Part shown: positions 36,656 to 44,996 of the stretch, in pieces
Position numbering within the stretch: position 1 is the stretch's first letter
Layout: each line of letters starts with the position of its first letter
Origin: Candidatus Parcubacteria bacterium
GTDB taxonomy: Bacteria > Patescibacteriota > Minisyncoccia > Minisyncoccales > JAGMDC01
NCBI GenBank assembly: GCA_023130975.1
Contig: JAGMAD010000003.1
Span: 1,109-65,108, forward strand
Direction: 5' to 3'
DNA: 64,000 nucleotides
Translations under genes and position numbers: made by a program
Notes under the pieces: model-generated
What the model was told of the DNA's origin: nothing
Database searches by the model: none
The model's input: the letters and a program-made list of their open reading frames with translations, nothing else

Positions 36656-37405
36656 ATGAAGAAAGTTAAATATCATAATGTAAAATTTCTTGTTAGGTCA
36701 GCAGAAGATATTTCTGTTTATTTTGCTTTTGAAAAAGAGGCTAAAATATTTAATAGATGGTCTACTATGGAGGATTATTTTTTTAAAAAACATCCAAAGA
36801 TTAAATCATTAAAACAAACACAAGATAGAAAAACAAAAAAGGAATTTATAGAAAGATATGTGAAAGATTATTATAAGTCTCATAAAGAATTGATTGGAAA
36901 AAGAATGAAAGAAGCCGAAACGAGATGGAAAAAAGTTGAACAGAAATTTTTTTATCTCGCTGATAAATTATTTCAAAAATATCCTTGGCCTAAGGGTGAT
37001 TATAGAGCATTTGTGACAATTTGGAATATTTTTCCAAGAGATATCTCTAAGAAAACATTTCAACTTCCTTACAAAGGTAGAATTTTCAAAAAAGTTGAGG
37101 CAATTATTGTCCACGAAATGCTTCATTTTTTATTTTACGATTATCTTTTTAAGTATTTTCCTAAATATAAAAAATCCCAATATTCCTATGCTGTTTGGGT
37201 TCTTTCCGAGGCTTTTAATGAAGTAATAATGGCAGAACCAAAATGGAGAAAGATTTTTTCTTTACAACTACAACCTTATCCAGAAACCGTAATTGTAAGA
37301 AAAAAAATTAGAGAATTAAGAAAGAATAAAAAAACAGTAAAAGAAATTTTAGAAGAATTACTTCCATTTGTAATTCAAAAATATACAAGACCCCCTTCAA
37401 AATAA
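36656..37405 (+). CDS. HExxH-motif protein (putative metallopeptidase), paralog of 41187..41798
   Basis: AIIVHEMLHFLFYDY. Shares layout (W+K.E..FF ... HExxH) with the second-locus protein. Confidence 0.5.
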   Translation: MKKVKYHNVKFLVRSAEDISVYFAFEKEAKIFNRWSTMEDYFFKKHPKIKSLKQTQDRKTKKEFIERYVKDYYKSHKELIGKRMKEAETRWKKVEQKFFYLADKLFQKYPWPKGDYRAFVTIWNIFPRDISKKTFQLPYKGRIFKKVEAIIVHEMLHFLFYDYLFKYFPKYKKSQYSYAVWVLSEAFNEVIMAEPKWRKIFSLQLQPYPETVIVRKKIRELRKNKKTVKEILEELLPFVIQKYTRPPSK

Positions 37406-37475
37406 TTATTTCAGATTTCGTAATACCTTATAAGTTTCATTGACGAATCTTTAATAATTTGAAAAAGAGAAAAAC

Positions 37476-37535
37476 AATCCTGTATTGAACTGCAGGATTT
37501 TTTGTTGTTGTTTCAAAGGAAATTTGCTAAATCCC
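37476..37535. repeat. island junction repeat R2
   Basis: aatcctgtattgaactgcaggatt + ttttgttgttgtttcaaaggaaatttgctaaatcccc. Confidence 0.75.
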
Positions 37536-37589
37536 CACCCCAAATTTTGGTAGTAGGGATTTACGGCGAGCATCTATTTTCAAAATTAA

Positions 37590-37646
37590 TTGACAAAATC
37601 TATTGAGCTTGGTAAATTAAAAACAGTACCTTTTTAGCAATATAGC
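37590..37646 (+). promoter_or_regulatory. promoter block P2 (TTGACA-N17-TAAATT)
   Basis: ttgacaaaatctattgagcttggTAAATTaaaaacagtacctttttagcaatatagc; near-identical to 46207-46263. Confidence 0.6.
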
Positions 37647-37677
37647 ATTTTTTAAATTAAATATGGATTGAATGAAT

Positions 37678-37733
37678 CTCGGATAATCTAATTCGTTTAT
37701 CAAGAGTTTGGTAGATAAATTAGGCTATCCGAG
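37678..37733 (+). ncRNA. conserved 5'-leader hairpin, copy L1 (cis-regulatory RNA candidate)
   Basis: ctcggataatctaatt...aaattaggctatccgag: ~16 bp stem, ~24-nt loop. Homologs at 39503-39552 and 46295-46358. Confidence 0.55.
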
Positions 37734-37792
37734 ACACCAGAATAGCGAGAACCTTGGATTAGCCATTGAATAAAAAGGAAGTAAAAGAAAAA

Positions 37793-38395
37793 ATGAATGA
37801 CAAGAAAAAGAAGATAGTTGAAGTAGGGGCAATAGTTGCTTTATTAATGGTAGCAATGGCCAGTGTTATGGTAGCACCAGTAATAGCGGCACCAGATGGA
37901 ATTTCAGAATATGCGGTTATCTCAGGATCCTATTCGTGGCTAGGAGTACCTTATGATTATGGCGGAGAGTCGAAAAGTGGTGTTGATTGTTCTGGTCTAG
38001 TTCGTCAAGTGTATATGCGAGCAAGTGGGCGACCTGCAAGTTGTTATGACGGAACAAGAGGATGGCATGCATGCTGTTCTAAAGGAACAGGAGCATGTTA
38101 TTATGACAGAGGAGCAGAAAATATAAGAAGAGCTTCTTACCCGGTATATCCGCCAAGACCTGGTGATGCAGTAATTTTCGTTGATAAAAAGAAAGGAACA
38201 GCAACCCATGTTGGAATCTATGTAGGGGCTAGTCCCAATGGTTATTGGGACAGTTATTTTATCCATGCTGGATATGGTCCGGGGAAAGTGGTGAAAGATC
38301 GCCTTTACTATAGCTCTTACTACGGAACAGGCTGGTGGTACAGGAACTACAATATCTACTTTGCTAGATACAATCCAGATTACTGGGTATCGTAG
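37793..38395 (+). CDS. secreted NlpC/P60 (C40) family peptidoglycan endopeptidase with shared N-terminal module
   Basis: Signal MNDKKKKIVEVGAIVALLMVAMASVMVAPVIAA. GVPYDYGGESKSGVDCSGLV (catalytic Cys), ATHVGIYVG (His), FIHAG. The track start (TTG 37766) is less likely than ATG 37793. Confidence 0.8.
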   Translation: MNDKKKKIVEVGAIVALLMVAMASVMVAPVIAAPDGISEYAVISGSYSWLGVPYDYGGESKSGVDCSGLVRQVYMRASGRPASCYDGTRGWHACCSKGTGACYYDRGAENIRRASYPVYPPRPGDAVIFVDKKKGTATHVGIYVGASPNGYWDSYFIHAGYGPGKVVKDRLYYSSYYGTGWWYRNYNIYFARYNPDYWVS

Positions 38396-38442
38396 AGGAT
38401 GTAGTGAAACGAAGATAAAAGATACTCAAAACATAAAAAATT

Positions 38443-38480
38443 AAAAGGGCAGATTTCTTAATTACTGCCTTTTTTATTTT
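38443..38480. terminator. shared convergent-gene terminator hairpin (module 1)
   Basis: aaaagggcagatttcttaattactgccttttttatttt; homolog at 47017-47057. Confidence 0.65.
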
Positions 38481-38487
38481 CTTCTGA

Positions 38488-39273
38488 TTATTTTCCTTCC
38501 AAGAGTTTATTAAGGGTTTCCTCTGAGATGCGGGGACAAACAGAAGGTGAGTTTAGTTTCCATAGTTCCTTGTCTTTTATTAATTCAAAAGTAATAGTTT
38601 CCGTTTGTGTTTCAAAGTCATATTCTATAATAGAAGAATCGGTTGATGGATTGTAAAAATAATCGCAATCAAAACTTACTAATCCAGGACCGTTGCCCAT
38701 TTCCTCAATAGAGATTTTTTCTCCTGTTTCTATGTTTCTTGCTCCTTCAATAAAGCCAGATGAAATTCCCTCTTTACAAAAATATCTTACTTTAACAAAA
38801 TACTGTTCTTTTATCATAGATGGATATTCATCAATGATTTCATATTTTTTGATAACCATTTGTAAATCTGTTTCTAATATAAAATTCTCAGTACTATATT
38901 TTTCAATCGTTGTTTCTTCATCAAATCTTTTTCCAGCAATATCCGCTTTCAGAAATCTTTCAACAACTTCTCTCGGATTTAAATCTTCTGCGTAATATTC
39001 CATTTCTGCTTCGTATTTTTCTTTTAATTCAGCGATTTCCTGTTTGTGTTCTGATTCTATTGTTGCTTGATTGAATAAATCAGCCAATCTCCAATAATCC
39101 CTTATGAGCTCCTTTCTTTCGCTTTGAAGAGAGGTGAGTTTTTTTGTAATATCTTCCTTCTCCTTTTTTATGTTTGAGATTTCTCTATAACATAAACCAA
39201 CTGTCAAGGCTAAGAAGACAATGACAAAAATAAAAATCAATTTTAGATATTTTTCTTTTTTGATTTTTTCCAT
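38488..39273 (-). CDS. membrane-anchored partner protein (N-terminal TM, coiled coil, unknown C-terminal domain)
   Basis: MEKIKKEKYLKLIFIFVIVFLALTVGL... shares its first 12 codons and promoter with 47071..48261. ATG 8 nt after TAGGAT, no SD. Confidence 0.5.
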   Translation of the reverse strand: MEKIKKEKYLKLIFIFVIVFLALTVGLCYREISNIKKEKEDITKKLTSLQSERKELIRDYWRLADLFNQATIESEHKQEIAELKEKYEAEMEYYAEDLNPREVVERFLKADIAGKRFDEETTIEKYSTENFILETDLQMVIKKYEIIDEYPSMIKEQYFVKVRYFCKEGISSGFIEGARNIETGEKISIEEMGNGPGLVSFDCDYFYNPSTDSSIIEYDFETQTETITFELIKDKELWKLNSPSVCPRISEETLNKLLEGK

Positions 39274-39369
39274 ATTAATTAATCCTATCAAAGAAAAATG
39301 GTCTGGTCAAATTCAATTCGCGGACGAATTCATTACCAAATCCCTGATAATCTGAAAAAAGAAAAAGTC

Positions 39370-39430
39370 AATCCTGCGGTTTCGCCACAGGATTGATTAT
39401 TGTTGTTTCAAAGGAAATTTGCTAAATTCC
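39370..39430. repeat. island junction repeat R3
   Basis: aatcctgcggtttcgccacaggatt + gattattgttgtttcaaaggaaatttgctaaattcc. Confidence 0.75.
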
Positions 39431-39486
39431 TTGACAGGTTTTCTTGCGTTTGATAGAAAAAGGATAGAACCTTTTCAATAATATAT
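39431..39486 (+). promoter_or_regulatory. promoter block P3 (TTGACA-N17-TAGAAA)
   Basis: ttgacaggttttcttgcgtttgaTAGAAAaaggatagaaccttttcaataatatat. Confidence 0.6.
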
Positions 39487-39502
39487 GGACAGAATATAGT
39501 TA

Positions 39503-39552
39503 GGATAGCCTAATTTGTTTATCAAAAGTTTGACAAATAAATTAGGCTATCC
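39503..39552 (+). ncRNA. conserved 5'-leader hairpin, copy L2
   Basis: ggatagcctaattt-gtttatcaaaagtttgacaaat-aaattaggctatcc (14-bp perfect stem), followed by the conserved atccgttgaaNNgaaaggagga RBS block. Confidence 0.55.
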
Positions 39553-39601
39553 AAGAAGAGCAATCTTGAGATATCCGTTGAATAGAAAGGAGGAAAAAAC
39601 T

Positions 39602-39730
39602 ATGGAAATAGAGAATGAAGCCACTATGGCTAAGTTTAGCGTCTTGAAAGAAGTTCATCCCAAAGTAGAACCGATGCAATTGCATTCGATGAAATGTCAA
39701 GGCCAGTGTACCTGTCGTTGTTGTAAGTGA
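39602..39730 (+). CDS. Cys-rich RiPP precursor peptide candidate (42 aa)
   Basis: MEIENEATMAKFSVLKEVHPKVEPMQLHSMKCQGQCTCRCCK. AGGAGG 8 nt upstream. Lies 58 nt upstream of the second rSAM/SPASM gene. The track ORF 39515.. uses an unlikely TTG start. Confidence 0.65.
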   Translation: MEIENEATMAKFSVLKEVHPKVEPMQLHSMKCQGQCTCRCCK

Positions 39731-39788
39731 ATAGAGCGGAGAGTGGAATGTAGATTTTCACTCTCCTAAATTTTTAGGAGGATATGAA

Positions 39789-40802
39789 ATGAACGAATTA
39801 ATAGCATTAAAGTCTCCCCTATCTGTAAATTTTGAAGTGACACCCGTATGTGATTTGAACTGCGAATTTTGTTTCAATGCTGAAGTGGAATGCAAAAGAA
39901 TGGAGCATCCCTCATTGAATCAAGTCAAATCTATTTTACGTGCACTTGCCAAAGCAGAGGTTTTTGAAGTTAGGCTTTTTGGAGGAGAATTTTTTATCTA
40001 CCCTTATTGGAAAGAAGTGTTGGAATATGCAGATTCTCTTGGTTTTTTTCTGTCGTTTGTATCTAATGGCACACATATAAACAAAGATGTAGTAAAAAAG
40101 ATGCTATTACATAGAATAGTTTGCGGTGCTATTTCATTACATGGCAAAAAAAGTATCCATGAGAGAATAACAGGGGTGGATGGTTCGTTTGAGGCAACAC
40201 TGAAAGGCATAAAGTCCTGCATTGATTGTGGATTGGGAATTTCTATTTTATATACCTTAACGAAAGATAACCATCGATTTATTTTTGAGACCTGCGAATG
40301 GTTAAAGATGAACGGTATCAATATAGACGAAATAAATGTGGGACGCTTAACTCCTTACGGTAGAGCAAAATCTGACTGGGATAAAGCCAAACTTTCTCTT
40401 AAAGATTACTTGATTGTTTTTTCTCAGATAGAGAAAGTTAGAAAGGAATTGGATATTTTAGCCAATTTTGGCGATGCTTTTCCTTTGTGTTTATTGCCCC
40501 AGAAATATCACGATTTTGTGGTTGGTTGTTGGCAAGGTACAGGTTTTGGGCATATTGATCACATGGGAAATGTTCGTTCCTGTCCTATCGCCAAAGGGAG
40601 TTACGGTAACATTTTAGAGACTCCGCTGATTGAAATATGGACTGATCGCCTAGCTCATTTTAGATCTTTGAAGTGGTTGCCTGCCAAGTGTCGCGAGTGC
40701 GATAATTTCTGCGGTGGCGGATGTTCTGCTTCTCGTTATAATGGCGGTATGTATGCTCCGGACGAATTCATTTCACAAAATGAGGAGGTCAAAAATGAAT
40801 GA
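39789..40802 (+). CDS. radical SAM / SPASM-domain peptide maturase
   Basis: CDLNCEFC cluster, GGEFFIYP, C-terminal CWQGTGFGHID...CPIA...CRECDNFCGGGCSASR. Confidence 0.85.
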   Translation: MNELIALKSPLSVNFEVTPVCDLNCEFCFNAEVECKRMEHPSLNQVKSILRALAKAEVFEVRLFGGEFFIYPYWKEVLEYADSLGFFLSFVSNGTHINKDVVKKMLLHRIVCGAISLHGKKSIHERITGVDGSFEATLKGIKSCIDCGLGISILYTLTKDNHRFIFETCEWLKMNGINIDEINVGRLTPYGRAKSDWDKAKLSLKDYLIVFSQIEKVRKELDILANFGDAFPLCLLPQKYHDFVVGCWQGTGFGHIDHMGNVRSCPIAKGSYGNILETPLIEIWTDRLAHFRSLKWLPAKCRECDNFCGGGCSASRYNGGMYAPDEFISQNEEVKNE

Positions 40803-41052
40803 AAAATTTGTGCCTAAAGTAAACTGTCGGTTTAAAATCAGGCAAGATATTGATGGCTATATCGGATTTTTTCAGACAAAGGGTGTTTTGACTTTCAATG
40901 AAGTTGGAGCATTCATCGTGAGCCAAATGACGGGAGATAAAAATATCCAAGAAATTGGGAAATTAGTTGGGGATAATTTTCCAAAAATGAAAAATCCTGC
41001 GGGTGAGGTTGTGTCTGTTGCTAAGCAGTTGCAAGATTCAGGATTTTTCTGA
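40795..41052 (+). CDS. PqqD-like RiPP recognition element (RRE) protein, 85 aa
   Basis: ATG overlaps the rSAM stop (ATGAATGA) and GAGGAGG lies upstream. ...LTFNEVGAFIVSQMTGDKNIQEIGKLVGDNF...EVVSVAKQLQDSGFF matches the PqqD winged-helix pattern. Confidence 0.6.
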   Translation: MNEKFVPKVNCRFKIRQDIDGYIGFFQTKGVLTFNEVGAFIVSQMTGDKNIQEIGKLVGDNFPKMKNPAGEVVSVAKQLQDSGFF

Positions 41053-41186
41053 GTGCGAATTGGCCAAGGAGATAAATTAAAATTACTTTGGCCATTTTTT
41101 TATACAATCTTTAATCACAAAATAGCCAAAATTTTAATAATAGAGTATTATAATAATAATATAAAAGAATTTAAGAATTTTGTCCT

Positions 41187-41798
41187 ATGATGATACAATT
41201 TATATATTCAAAAAAAAGAGAAAAAGAGAAATTATTACATATTCATTCGGAATATCAATGGTTTGTTGATAATAATTTTCCTATTGTATTACCTAAATTT
41301 TATAAAAAACTATACCAAACAACAAAAGGGAATAAGAAACTATTCAAAAAAGAATTAGATAAAAGGTTGGATAATATTTATGATAAAAATGTTTATAAAA
41401 AGAGAAAAGAAATAATAAGAAAAAATTGGAAAAGAAATGAAAAAGAATTTTTTAATATTTTAAGAAATTTCAATGTTAAAATAAAAGATAAATATATTTG
41501 CTATATTACTTTATATGGGCCACAAGGACAATTTGAATATCCTAATATTATTGACTTGCGAAGTAATAAAAAAATAGATATCGAAGAAGCTGATATAACG
41601 ATTGCCCATGAATTGATGCATTTAATATTGTTTGATAAATTTAAAAAATTAGGATTGAACTATAAGAAGACAGAAGGTGTAATTGATATGTTTTTTTTGG
41701 AAACAAAACTAAAAACCATCTTCTCTGGATACAAATTACAAAGTATAGCTGTTCATGATAAAAGACTATTTAAAGAAGTAAAAGATAGCCCTAAATAA
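41187..41798 (+). CDS. HExxH-motif protein (putative metallopeptidase), paralog of 36656..37405
   Basis: ITIAHELMHLILFDKF. Confidence 0.5.
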   Translation: MMIQFIYSKKREKEKLLHIHSEYQWFVDNNFPIVLPKFYKKLYQTTKGNKKLFKKELDKRLDNIYDKNVYKKRKEIIRKNWKRNEKEFFNILRNFNVKIKDKYICYITLYGPQGQFEYPNIIDLRSNKKIDIEEADITIAHELMHLILFDKFKKLGLNYKKTEGVIDMFFLETKLKTIFSGYKLQSIAVHDKRLFKEVKDSPK

Positions 41799-41955
41799 TA
41801 ATTTTGCCGACAGGCAAGATAATAGTATCCAATTCCGATATCGACATCCGATGTTGACATTGAAAACCTAATCCTGCAGCAAATCGTAGGGTTTTTTATT
41901 GTTATTTTATGTAAAATTTAGTAGAATTAAAGAATGAAATTAAAACCCAAAAATT

Positions 41956-42819
41956 ATGGCAATTGAGAAAATCCTAAAATTTACCTGGAATGAGTTTATT
42001 TACGGCGGACATTTACTTTCATTAGGAGGTGTTGCTATAGTGCTTTTTTCAGGTATTTTGCTGAATATTAAAATAACCTGGGATTGTTTGTTTGTAGTTT
42101 ATTTAATTATTTATATAGTTTATTTATACAATCGTTTCAAGGAAGTTCATATAGATTATCTAACCAATCCTCAAAGAACTAAGCATCTCAAAATCTATTT
42201 TTCTAAAATACCTAAAATTTTCTATGTTATAATTTTTATTATAATAGGAAGTTTGATATATTTTAGTAATGTTTGGGCTTTAATTTTTGGGTTGTCTTTA
42301 CTTCTACTTGGGTGGCTTTATACAATAGTTTTCAAAAAAATTACCAAAAAGATAATTATCTTTAAAAATTTATCTGTTTCCGCAACTTTTTCTTTATTAG
42401 TATTTTTTCCGCTTATTTATTATTCTTGCCCATTAACTATTTCTATTTTATCTATTGCTTTTTTAATTGTGACTTTTGTTTATTTTAAGGCGTTTACGAT
42501 GCAGGTTTTTTTAGATGTAAAGGATGTAGAAAGCGATGAGAAACAAGGCCTGCTTACTTTTCCAGTTATTTTTGGAAAGGAAAAAACACTTAATATTTTA
42601 GGAATAATAAGTTTGTTGTCTACTGCGCCGATTCCAATCATTTTCTCTCTTTATTTTAATATCTTTCCTATATCAACTTTAATGCTTTTACTAACTATTC
42701 CTTTTAATTTTTTTTGTTTTAGCCAAGCCAAAAATCAAAATTATCATTCTTACACTCTTGAAAGTTCAGAATTTATTCTCTGGCCAATTTTAATTCTAAT
42801 TGGTGAAATCATAATATGA
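41956..42819 (+). CDS. UbiA-family integral-membrane prenyltransferase
   Basis: 8-9 TM. First motif YNRFKEVHIDYLTNPQRT (degenerate NDxxDxxxD), second FLDVKDVESDEKQGLLTFPV. Confidence 0.7.
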   Translation: MAIEKILKFTWNEFIYGGHLLSLGGVAIVLFSGILLNIKITWDCLFVVYLIIYIVYLYNRFKEVHIDYLTNPQRTKHLKIYFSKIPKIFYVIIFIIIGSLIYFSNVWALIFGLSLLLLGWLYTIVFKKITKKIIIFKNLSVSATFSLLVFFPLIYYSCPLTISILSIAFLIVTFVYFKAFTMQVFLDVKDVESDEKQGLLTFPVIFGKEKTLNILGIISLLSTAPIPIIFSLYFNIFPISTLMLLLTIPFNFFCFSQAKNQNYHSYTLESSEFILWPILILIGEIII

Positions 42820-44435
42820 TAGAATTTCTTCTTATCAATAAGGTCTTAATATTTCTAATTAACGCTATAGCACTTTGGCTGGCTCTTTTAGTTTATAAAA
42901 ATAATCCTAAAGGAAAAACCAATAAATTATTTATTTTAATGACAGTTTCAATGCTTTTTTGGGTTAACTTTTCTTATTTTGCAAGATTTGTAGGGCAAGA
43001 TCAAATTTATCAATCTCTATCGTTTATCAAAATTGCCTGGTTCGTCACTCCTTTATTTTTTTTGTTCCTTTCATTAGTCGCAGTTCATATTATTCAAGAA
43101 GAAAAGAAATATCATTTCTTAAATAAAATCGTTTTATTTTTAGGAATAATCATTGCCTTTATCACTGGATTTACTAATTTAGTTATTGAGGGAATAAAAT
43201 TTGAAAATGGAAACCTGATAGTAATATACGGAAAAGGAATGATGTGGTTTCTTGCGATAGGACTTTTTTTAATGTCCGCCGCTTTATATCCATTGTTTAA
43301 AAAATATTTCAAATCTTTAGAAAAGGAAAGAAAGAAAATTGAATTTTTCTTGCTTGGAATTTTTATATTTTATTTAGCCAATATTATTTTCAATATTGCT
43401 CTTCCTATTAAATTCAAGGTCTCCCAATACTACTATATAGGTGACTATTCCACGATTTTTCTTTTAGGTTTTACTGCTTATGCTATTGTCAGGCACGAAC
43501 TTTTTGGAATTAAGGTTGTTTTAACTACTCTTTTTGTTACCCTAATTGCTATTCTGCTTTTGCTGGATATTATAGTTTTCACTCCAGAACTTCTTATTCA
43601 ACTTTTTAAAGGTTTGATTTTAGCATTCTTCCTCTACTTTGGATATTTATTAGTTAAGAGTGTTTTAGGGGAAATTGAAAGAAGAAAGGAGTTGGAAAGA
43701 TTAACTATTCAATTAGAAGAAGCCAATGTTAATCTTGAAAGACTGAGTCAATCAAAAACCGAGTTTATTTCTATGGCTTCGCATCAGTTGAGAACCCCGT
43801 TAACATCTATTAAGGGCTATAGCACAATGCTTTTGGAAGGAAGCTATGGAAAGTTTGAGAAAAAAGGAGAGAGAGTGCTAAAAAATATTTTAACTTCTAC
43901 TGACCGGTTAATTAAAATCATCAATGATTTATTGAATATTTCTCGAATTGAATTAGGAAAATTGGAATTAGAAAAAACACCTGCTCAGATTAAAGAAATT
44001 ATTGACAGTGTTTATAAGGAGATGAAACCAAAAGCTCAGGAAAAGAATCTTAAACTTATTTGGCAGAAGCCAATAAAATCTTTACCTGAAATCAATATAG
44101 ATATTTTGAAAATAAGACAGGTTATCTTGAATATTGTGGATAATGCCATTAAGTATACTGATAAAGGGAATATAACTATTAAAATCCAAAATCTAACATC
44201 CAAAATCCAAATTGTAATTTCTGATACTGGCAGAGGATTTACCAAAGAAGAAAAAAATCGTGTTTTTGAATTATTTGTTAGAGGTCGAGCAGGTATAGAT
44301 ACTTTTGTTGAGGGAACAGGGATTGGTCTTAATGTTGCCAGAAAATTTGTTGAACTCCACGACGGCAAAGTCCAAGCCGAATCCGAGGGCAAGGGCAAAG
44401 GCGCCACTTTCTATATTGAACTGCCGGTGGAGTAA
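42816..44435 (+). CDS. sensor histidine kinase with N-terminal 7-TM sensor region
   Basis: ATGA overlap with UbiA. H-box FISMASHQLRTPLTSI; N/G1/G2 boxes (DTGRGF, GTGIGL). Confidence 0.88.
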   Translation: MIEFLLINKVLIFLINAIALWLALLVYKNNPKGKTNKLFILMTVSMLFWVNFSYFARFVGQDQIYQSLSFIKIAWFVTPLFFLFLSLVAVHIIQEEKKYHFLNKIVLFLGIIIAFITGFTNLVIEGIKFENGNLIVIYGKGMMWFLAIGLFLMSAALYPLFKKYFKSLEKERKKIEFFLLGIFIFYLANIIFNIALPIKFKVSQYYYIGDYSTIFLLGFTAYAIVRHELFGIKVVLTTLFVTLIAILLLLDIIVFTPELLIQLFKGLILAFFLYFGYLLVKSVLGEIERRKELERLTIQLEEANVNLERLSQSKTEFISMASHQLRTPLTSIKGYSTMLLEGSYGKFEKKGERVLKNILTSTDRLIKIINDLLNISRIELGKLELEKTPAQIKEIIDSVYKEMKPKAQEKNLKLIWQKPIKSLPEINIDILKIRQVILNIVDNAIKYTDKGNITIKIQNLTSKIQIVISDTGRGFTKEEKNRVFELFVRGRAGIDTFVEGTGIGLNVARKFVELHDGKVQAESEGKGKGATFYIELPVE

Positions 44436-44467
44436 TCTTGTTGCTTGGCGAAGCCAAGCACAAAAAT

Positions 44468-44987
44468 ATGTATATTATTAAATCAAAAGATTTTATTTTG
44501 AGGCCTTTTAAAAAAAGCGATGAGAAATCATTAGCTCAAAATATAAATAATAAAAAAAATCTATAGAAATACTCTTGAAATTTCTTATCCTTATATCTTA
44601 AAAGATGCTAAAGAATGGATAACAGAAGATTTAAAGGAACAAAAAAAGAAAAAACCGACAATGATTAATTTTGTGATTGATATAAATGGCGAAGTTGTTG
44701 GTTCAGTTAGTTTTTCTAAAATCAAAGAATATAAAGCTGAATTGGGTTATTGGCTAGCCGAGAAATATTGGAACAAAGGCATAATAACAGAGGCAGTGAA
44801 GTTGGCAACAAAGTTTGGATTTAAAAAACTAAAATTAAAAAGAATTTATATTCCCACTTTTTCCTTTAATAAGGCTTCTATGCGCGTGACAGAGAAGAAC
44901 GATTACAAACTTGAAGGCGTTTTAAGAAAGAATGTAAAAAAAGATAATAAATTTATTGATGAATATATTTTTGCTAAAATTAAGTAA
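44468..44987 (+). pseudogene. GNAT (RimJ/RimL-type) N-acetyltransferase, frameshifted in an A8 run
   Basis: MYIIKSKDFILRPFKKSDEKSLAQNINNKK stops at 44560-44565. Removing one A of 44552-44559 joins it to ...IYRNTLEISYPYILKDAKEWI...MINFVIDINGEVVGSVSF (ORF 44661..44987). Confidence 0.7.
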
Positions 44988-44996
44988 AATAGATTT

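Noticed and set aside
34743-39430. Integron-like attC sites at the cassette junction repeats.
   Set aside because: There is no integron integrase. The hairpins lack the RYYYAAC/GTTRRRY core pair, and the cassettes carry their own promoters.
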